From: Clostridia bacterium
Lineage (GTDB): Bacteria; Bacillota; Clostridia; Christensenellales; CAG-1252
DNA: 64,000 nt
Assembly: GCA_017444385.1 (NCBI GenBank)
Contig: JAFSWQ010000013.1
Location: forward strand, 60,382 to 124,381
Direction: 5' to 3'
Both the position numbers and the translations under genes were made by a program. Within the stretch, counting starts at the first letter, position 1. Each line of letters starts with the position of its first letter. This document shows, in pieces, positions 60,926 to 64,000 of this stretch. Below the pieces are notes generated by a model, which saw nothing but the letters and a program-made list of their open reading frames with translations, made no database searches and had not been told where the DNA came from.

Positions 60926-61007
60926 CAAAAAACCGAGTTTTGCGCTCGGTTTCAGTCGGCTTAGCCGTTTGTTTTAAGATATGGAGGATGCTTTTCTTAC
61001 AACTACA
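60926..61007 (-). ncRNA. Candidate small regulatory RNA
   Basis: Minus-strand TATAAT (61018-61013), internal TCCTCCAT anti-SD, AAACCGAG/CTCGGTTT terminator with U-tract; no ORF on that strand. Confidence 0.5.
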
Positions 61008-61221
61008 CCCGTATTATATCCTATGAATGTGTTAGTTACGTGATAATTGATTGCAAAAGTCGAAAAAGTTTAATTTTTTCTGCAATTTTTTGTCTTTCAT
61101 CGTTTTTTTTATTTCGAGGCGGAATATCTTGCAGTCGGTTTTCTCGCGCAATAAGGTCAAACCCAAAAGAAAATATATTTTAACGCTTTACTTAAAAAGA
61201 AAATAATAGTAAAATATATAA

Positions 61222-62127
61222 ATGCTGATAAATTTGGAGTTATACAGGGTATTTTACGTGGTGGCTAAAACGGGCAGCCTTACTAAAGCGAAGCAGGAAC
61301 TGTTCATTTCGCAACCCGCGGTATCGCAAGCCATCAAGCAGTTGGAAACGCAATTGGGCGGCAAGCTTTTCGTTCGTAACTCAAAAGGCGTATCTTTGAC
61401 GAAAGAGGGCGTTATGATGTACGAACACGTCAAGGTCGCTTACGACGAGATAATCTTGGCGGAAAAGTTGTTTTCCGAAATGCGCGGCGTACGTTCGGGC
61501 GTCGTTGTGATTTCCGCTTCCGACACTATCGCGAAATACCTGTTGCCCGCTCATATAGCGCGCTTCAAAACCGCGTATCCCGACGTTACCATTCGCATAA
61601 TCAACCGTCCTTCCGTGGAAACGGTCGCAATGCTAAAAGCGGGTAAAGCGGACGTGGGTTTGATAAACGACGCGGGCGACTTCTACGACGATAACGTGTT
61701 GTTGACCCCGTTTATGACGGTTAGAGAATGTTTGGTTTGTAGCCCCGACTTCTACGAAAAGAATCTTAAAGACGTAGGGGTTTTGCAAGCGAAAGACCTA
61801 ATATCCTATCCGCTTATAATGCTCGAATCAAAAAGCGCGACTCGCTCCCAAATAGAGCGTTGTATCGTAAGGAACGGCGGAAAAGTGCGTACGACTTTCG
61901 AATTATGCAGTATCGACCTAATAATCGAGTACGCCAAAATAGGTTTAGGGATAGGTTGCGTCACCCGCGAATTCGCCCGTCGCGATTTGGAAAACGGTTC
62001 GCTCGTCGAAATAAAAACCGACTTCGACTTCGATTTCCACCAAATATCCGTAGCCACCTACAAAGGCACGACGCCGAGTTTCGCGGTGAAGACCTTCGTA
62101 GAGAATATGTTGAAAAGAAAATATTAA
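61222..62127 (+). CDS. LysR-family transcriptional regulator
   Basis: FYVVAKTGSLTKA..LFISQPAVSQAIKQLE HTH; TTTACT-17-TAAAAT ends 7 nt before the ATG. Confidence 0.94.
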   Translation: MLINLELYRVFYVVAKTGSLTKAKQELFISQPAVSQAIKQLETQLGGKLFVRNSKGVSLTKEGVMMYEHVKVAYDEIILAEKLFSEMRGVRSGVVVISASDTIAKYLLPAHIARFKTAYPDVTIRIINRPSVETVAMLKAGKADVGLINDAGDFYDDNVLLTPFMTVRECLVCSPDFYEKNLKDVGVLQAKDLISYPLIMLESKSATRSQIERCIVRNGGKVRTTFELCSIDLIIEYAKIGLGIGCVTREFARRDLENGSLVEIKTDFDFDFHQISVATYKGTTPSFAVKTFVENMLKRKY

Positions 62128-62157
62128 AGCCGTAAGGCAAGATAAAAGAGGTAAAAT

Positions 62158-63948
62158 ATGAAAAAACTTAATTCCATCGATCTTCGTGAAGCGTATCTTA
62201 ACTTTTTCAAGAGTAAAAACCACGCGGTTATCGGGAGCGCGTCGTTGATACCCGAAAACGATCCCACCGTCTTGTTCACCACCGCGGGAATGCACCCGTT
62301 GGTTCCCTATCTCTCGGGCGAAAAGCACCCCGCAGGCACTCGTTTGACCGACGTGCAAAAGTGCGTTCGTACCGGCGATATCGACGAAGTGGGCGACGCA
62401 AGCCACTGCACTTTCTTTGAAATGCTCGGTAACTGGTCGTTAGGCGACTACTTCAAGAAAGAGAGCATTTCTTGGAGTTATGAATTCTTGACGAAAGTTT
62501 TGGAAATACCAGTCGAAAAACTCGCGGTATCCGTATTCGCGGGCGACGATGATTGCCCTCGCGACGAAGAAAGCGCGGAAATCTGGCATAGCGCGGGCAT
62601 AGCCAAAGACCGCATATTCTATCTTCCCAAAAAGAACAATTGGTGGGGTCCCGCCGGCGAAACCGGTCCTTGCGGTCCCGACACCGAGATTTTTATAGAT
62701 TCGGGCGCTGCGCCTTGTTCCCCCGAGTGTTCCCCCGCTTGCAACTGCGGCAAATACCTCGAAATTTGGAACAACGTCTTTATGCAATTCAGAAAGACCG
62801 AGCAAGGCACGTTCGAGCCTTTGAAACAAAAGAACGTCGATACGGGTATGGGTTTGGAAAGAACCATATGCGTCCTTAACGGCCATTCTTCGGTTTACGA
62901 GACCGACGTATTCGCGGGCGCGATAGCCAAGCTCGAAGAGTTGAGCGGCAAGACCTACGGTAGCGACGAGCAAGTCACCAAGGCGATGAGAGTTATCGCG
63001 GATCATATCCGCACTTCCACCTTCATCATCGGCGACGAAAACGGCGTAGTCCCCGGCAACGTTTCTCAAGGCTACATTTTGAGAAGACTTATTCGCCGCG
63101 CGGTGCGTTTTGCAAGATCTCTCGAATTACCCGCCGACGCTTTGGTGGAGATAGCGAAATTGTACGTCGATCAATATCAAAACGTTTATCCCGAACTTTT
63201 GAAGAACAAGGATAAGATAGTGGACGAGTTGTCCAAGGAAAACGAGCGTTTCCGCAAGACTCTCGAACAAGGCTTGAAAGAATTCGACAAGGTCGTGGGA
63301 TATCTTCCCCCCGAAGTAAAGAGATTGTCCGGTAAGGCAGCGTTTAGACTTTACGATACCTTCGGTTTCCCGATAGAAATGACCGCCGAACTTTGCGCGG
63401 AAAAGGGAATATCCGTGGATATGAAAGGTTACGAAAAGGCTTTTGAAGACCACCAAAACACCTCTCGCGCGGGCGCCGAGCAAACCTTCAAAGGCGGTCT
63501 TGCCGACCACGCAGAAGCGACGTCGAGGCTTCACACCGCGACTCACTTGATGAACGCGGGGTTGAGAAAACTCGTTAATCCCGACATTCGTCAAAGAGGT
63601 AGCAACATAACCGCAGAAAGATTGCGTTTCGACTTCAACCTCGATCGTCCCGTCACCCCCGAAGAGATCAAAGCGGTGGAAGATTACGTAAACGGCGCGA
63701 TCAAAGCGGACGTTGAGATAAAATGCGAGGAAATGAGCGTAGCCGACGCAAAGGCTTCGGGCGCAATGGGCGTATTCGACAGCAAGTACGGCGAGGTCGT
63801 AAAGGTCTACACTATGGGCGAATACAGCAAAGAGATTTGCGGCGGCCCTCACGCTAAACGCACGGGCGAACTCGGTCATTTCAAGATCGTCAAAGAGCAA
63901 AGCTCTTCTCAAGGCGTCCGTCGTATCAAGGCGATATTGGAATATTGA
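62158..63948 (+). CDS. alaS: Alanine--tRNA ligase, short form lacking C-Ala
   Basis: LFTTAGM, FFEMLGNWS.GDY, DTGMGLER, HTATH and CGGPH editing motifs; ends at GVRRIKA. Confidence 0.95.
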   Translation: MKKLNSIDLREAYLNFFKSKNHAVIGSASLIPENDPTVLFTTAGMHPLVPYLSGEKHPAGTRLTDVQKCVRTGDIDEVGDASHCTFFEMLGNWSLGDYFKKESISWSYEFLTKVLEIPVEKLAVSVFAGDDDCPRDEESAEIWHSAGIAKDRIFYLPKKNNWWGPAGETGPCGPDTEIFIDSGAAPCSPECSPACNCGKYLEIWNNVFMQFRKTEQGTFEPLKQKNVDTGMGLERTICVLNGHSSVYETDVFAGAIAKLEELSGKTYGSDEQVTKAMRVIADHIRTSTFIIGDENGVVPGNVSQGYILRRLIRRAVRFARSLELPADALVEIAKLYVDQYQNVYPELLKNKDKIVDELSKENERFRKTLEQGLKEFDKVVGYLPPEVKRLSGKAAFRLYDTFGFPIEMTAELCAEKGISVDMKGYEKAFEDHQNTSRAGAEQTFKGGLADHAEATSRLHTATHLMNAGLRKLVNPDIRQRGSNITAERLRFDFNLDRPVTPEEIKAVEDYVNGAIKADVEIKCEEMSVADAKASGAMGVFDSKYGEVVKVYTMGEYSKEICGGPHAKRTGELGHFKIVKEQSSSQGVRRIKAILEY

Positions 63949-64000
63949 TAAAACAAAACTCACGCGTTAGTAACGAATATATAAACTATACTATATAATG

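Noticed and set aside
62128-63948. T-box before alaS, and short alaS as a truncation or pseudogene
   Set aside because: Only 30 bp separate it from lysR, leaving no room for a T-box; C-Ala-less AlaRS of about 600 aa is a known natural form with intact motifs

Overview
Chromosomal window from a moderately GC-rich, spore-forming anaerobic Clostridia-type firmicute, inferred from addAB, the DapL lysine pathway, ytfJ/dacB, class III RNR and Listeria-Bacteroides-repeat surface proteins. In order it holds: an AT-rich truncated ORF and a NUDIX gene; hypB-methyltransferase-hypB-large Fe-S/FAD oxidoreductase-hypA with no hydrogenase; DUF4364, a hypothetical and murI; an EF-G paralog; a lysine riboswitch with dapA-dapB-dapF-dapL-lysA; addB-addA; DUF1846; gdhA; NrdR-box-controlled nrdD (with a fused redoxin domain)-trxB-nrdG; an esterase/CrtI-like/ferredoxin-reductase trio; a type IV pilus cluster that runs directly into deoC-deoB-pdp; a 1534-aa surface lipoprotein; a two-component system; ytfI/ytfJ/dacB/rluB; an LRR protein; ArsR and LysR regulators; and a short alaS. 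About 20 CGTC-tagged palindromic repeats fill the intergenic gaps. I saw no tRNA/rRNA, transposase, integrase or cas genes. The best candidates for undescribed systems are the hydrogenase-free HypA/HypB2 + oxidoreductase module, the pilus-deo operon, the NrdD-redoxin fusion with a TrxB lacking NADPH motifs, and a candidate anti-SD sRNA. All calls come from motifs read by eye; no database searches were run.
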